Below, piece by piece: positions 61,996 through 64,000 of a DNA stretch of 64,000 nt. Within the stretch, counting starts at the first letter, position 1. Each line of letters opens with the position of its first letter. The position numbers and the translations under genes are program-made. The notes beneath the pieces were generated by a model. The model did not search any database. It worked only from the letters and a program-made list of their open reading frames with translations, and was not told where the DNA came from. Source of the DNA: Callorhinchus milii (lineage: Eukaryota); contig NW_024704742.1 of the NCBI RefSeq assembly GCF_018977255.1, forward strand, positions 2,172,001-2,236,000. The letters are read 5' to 3'.

Positions 61996-62967
61996 ATCTG
62001 TTTTTCAGGTATTTAATACTTGGCACTGTGACATTCTACAACTGGAGTCACCAAATAATAGGGGTCTAGTTTACAAAAATCATCAATAGGATTCTTTCCA
62101 TTGACTCACTTCTAGATGTCGGTAGTATCAAAGCAGAGTTCCTATTGATTGGCATGAATTACTCCCAGTTAATGAAATAGCTCCCTTTTGCCCAACTCGG
62201 ATTGTTTATTAAACAAACGTGTTAAAAATAAACCTGCAAGTTAGACGCTCACATCTCACTGCTTTGCCCACTTCACAGATTAGCCCAGACTATCTGGACT
62301 CCATAGATCTTACAAGTCATTCGCAAAGAACGGAGACTGGAACAGACACCAGCTGGAAAAAAAAAAAATGCCATGAGAGATGTACAGCTTGCTGCAGCTC
62401 CAAAAGCCCGATAAATCAACTGACAAACAAACAATTTCTGAATACAGCCCCTCTCCAATGATTGAGGGCAATATAGAGAAGCCAATGAGATGCAGAAAGA
62501 CATTTGAGAGTTGAATCCCAAACAAAGCGAATGGCAGTGGAGATTGCAGTGCTTAATCCTCAAAAGGGTTGTTGGAGAAACTTCGACGTCCACTAAGTAA
62601 CACTCTAAGATTATTTTAAAGTGCTACACCACCATTACAGAATAATGCATAACCGGACTTTTTAACCTTGTTTCCAAGTGGGAAATATTGTGGTACAGTT
62701 CTGTTGGCTGTTGAGATAAACATATTTATGTTTCAATGGATTACCAAATATAGAACTCATATATCTGACTCCCAGCAACACTGGCGATGATGAATGCATT
62801 CATATTTTGAACGTGACATTTTAGAAAGTGCATTTGAAACCGAATGCATTTGGTTATTTTTGGGGGGGAAGTTTGAAGATTTGGCACGATGCGTTCAAGA
62901 ATCAAATGAAATAATTGCACGCAAGGATCTGAAACAATTTTCTTCGTTCAATTTTCTACGCTCGGTG

Positions 62968-63410
62968 TGTGTCAGCTGGGTTCATTTGCTAGCGCTCTCC
63001 CCCTGAGCCAGAAGGCTGTGAATTTCAAGCCCCAGGTCAAATCCTGGGACTCATATAGTCTACGCTGGCACTCCAATGCAGCGCTGGGGGAGTGCTGGAT
63101 TGTTCGAGATGTCACCCTTCGGATGAAATATTAAGTTGATGTCCTGTCTGCCCGTTCAGGTGGATGTTACAGATCCCATGGCACTACGCGAAAGAAACAA
63201 GAAGTTTCTCCTAATGTCTGTATCTCTAAATCTCCGTAATAAAATTGGTCACTCATTTCTTCAAGGCCGTTTGGGGAAATATTGTTGCGCCGCATTCAAC
63301 CATAAAACTGCATTTTACAGTTTATCTATGAGGCATTTTGAGCCATTCTCCTGACATGAAAGAAGCTATACCAACTGTAAGGATTATTATCATCATAATC
63401 ATATAATTAT
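62968..63410 (+). mobile_element. Old Deu-type SINE, full length
   Basis: Head gtgtcagctgggttcatttg, body gttcaggtggatgttacagatcccatggcact, tail aaggattattat. Confidence 0.8.
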
Positions 63411-63814
63411 TACAGTGACTTTAGTGTCCCCAATTTTTGGGGACAAAAATGCCCATGTTGCGCAGCAAACAATATAAGTGGTTTCCATACTAATCGTGTA
63501 GCACACGATAATTAAAAATGTAAGTTATCTCGGAAAATAAGTATAACCGGAAATAGAGTATCAGTTGAAAAAATTGACAACACGTTACGGTGTAATATAA
63601 TATAATATGATATGCGATATACTTTGTTGAAGTTATGATATCGCATTCTCTTTCTGTGTGCATTTTGGGCATGTGTGTCTGTGGGTGCCCGAAAAAGAGA
63701 CAAGAAAGAGAGAGAAAAAATCCACGCAAACAGTAGGAATGAAAAGAGCAAGATACGCGTAGCCACAGGCACAGATCGACAGTGACAAACCACAATATGA
63801 ATGAGCAATTGTCA

Positions 63815-64000
63815 TGTCGCTTGGTGGTTTGAGCACTTGCCTCTAAAGCGAGAGGACCTGGATTCGATTCCCCAGTCAGGGTGAAACGTCGGGCAAGTTT
63901 CCCTACTCCACATTCCTCTGTTTGCCGAGCAGTAAGTAGGAACCAGATAGTTAGTCAATTGGCAGATTGCTTTTCCAAAACATACAGTCAATTCACTTTG
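63815..64000 (+). mobile_element. tRNA-Ala long SINE with internal deletion, runs off the right edge
   Basis: B box gattcgattcc; CORE-like segment; gcttttcc joins directly to aaaacatacagtcaattcac. Confidence 0.85.

Noticed and set aside
1..64000. CRISPR array, operon or other prokaryotic system
   Set aside because: No regularly spaced repeats and no dense long ORFs; the sequence is retroposon-rich vertebrate DNA

Overview
This is vertebrate nuclear DNA, mostly intronic or intergenic. The repeat content points to a cartilaginous fish, possibly a chimaera; that is an inference. No prokaryote-type system is present (no operon, CRISPR array or defence locus). The window is dense with retroposon fragments: 5'-truncated L2 and CR1 LINEs, an old Deu-domain-type tRNA SINE, a younger tRNA-Ala SINE in long (CORE-like plus Deu) and short forms, and relics of an ancient AmnSINE2-like element. 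Many of these are nested inside one another. The best protein-coding candidate is a CpG-rich + strand terminal exon at 45844-46338, with a textbook splice acceptor and a possible 30-nt upstream coding exon; I cannot name the gene. The most informative structure is a visible SINE-LINE partnership: a shared ACGTC-N5-GACGT 3' stem-loop whose loop changes between subfamilies, plus mosaic SINE copies. Several repeat-free blocks carry Pbx/Meis/Hox or CTCF-like motifs. Repeat boundaries are approximate and family names come from motif recognition, not a database search.
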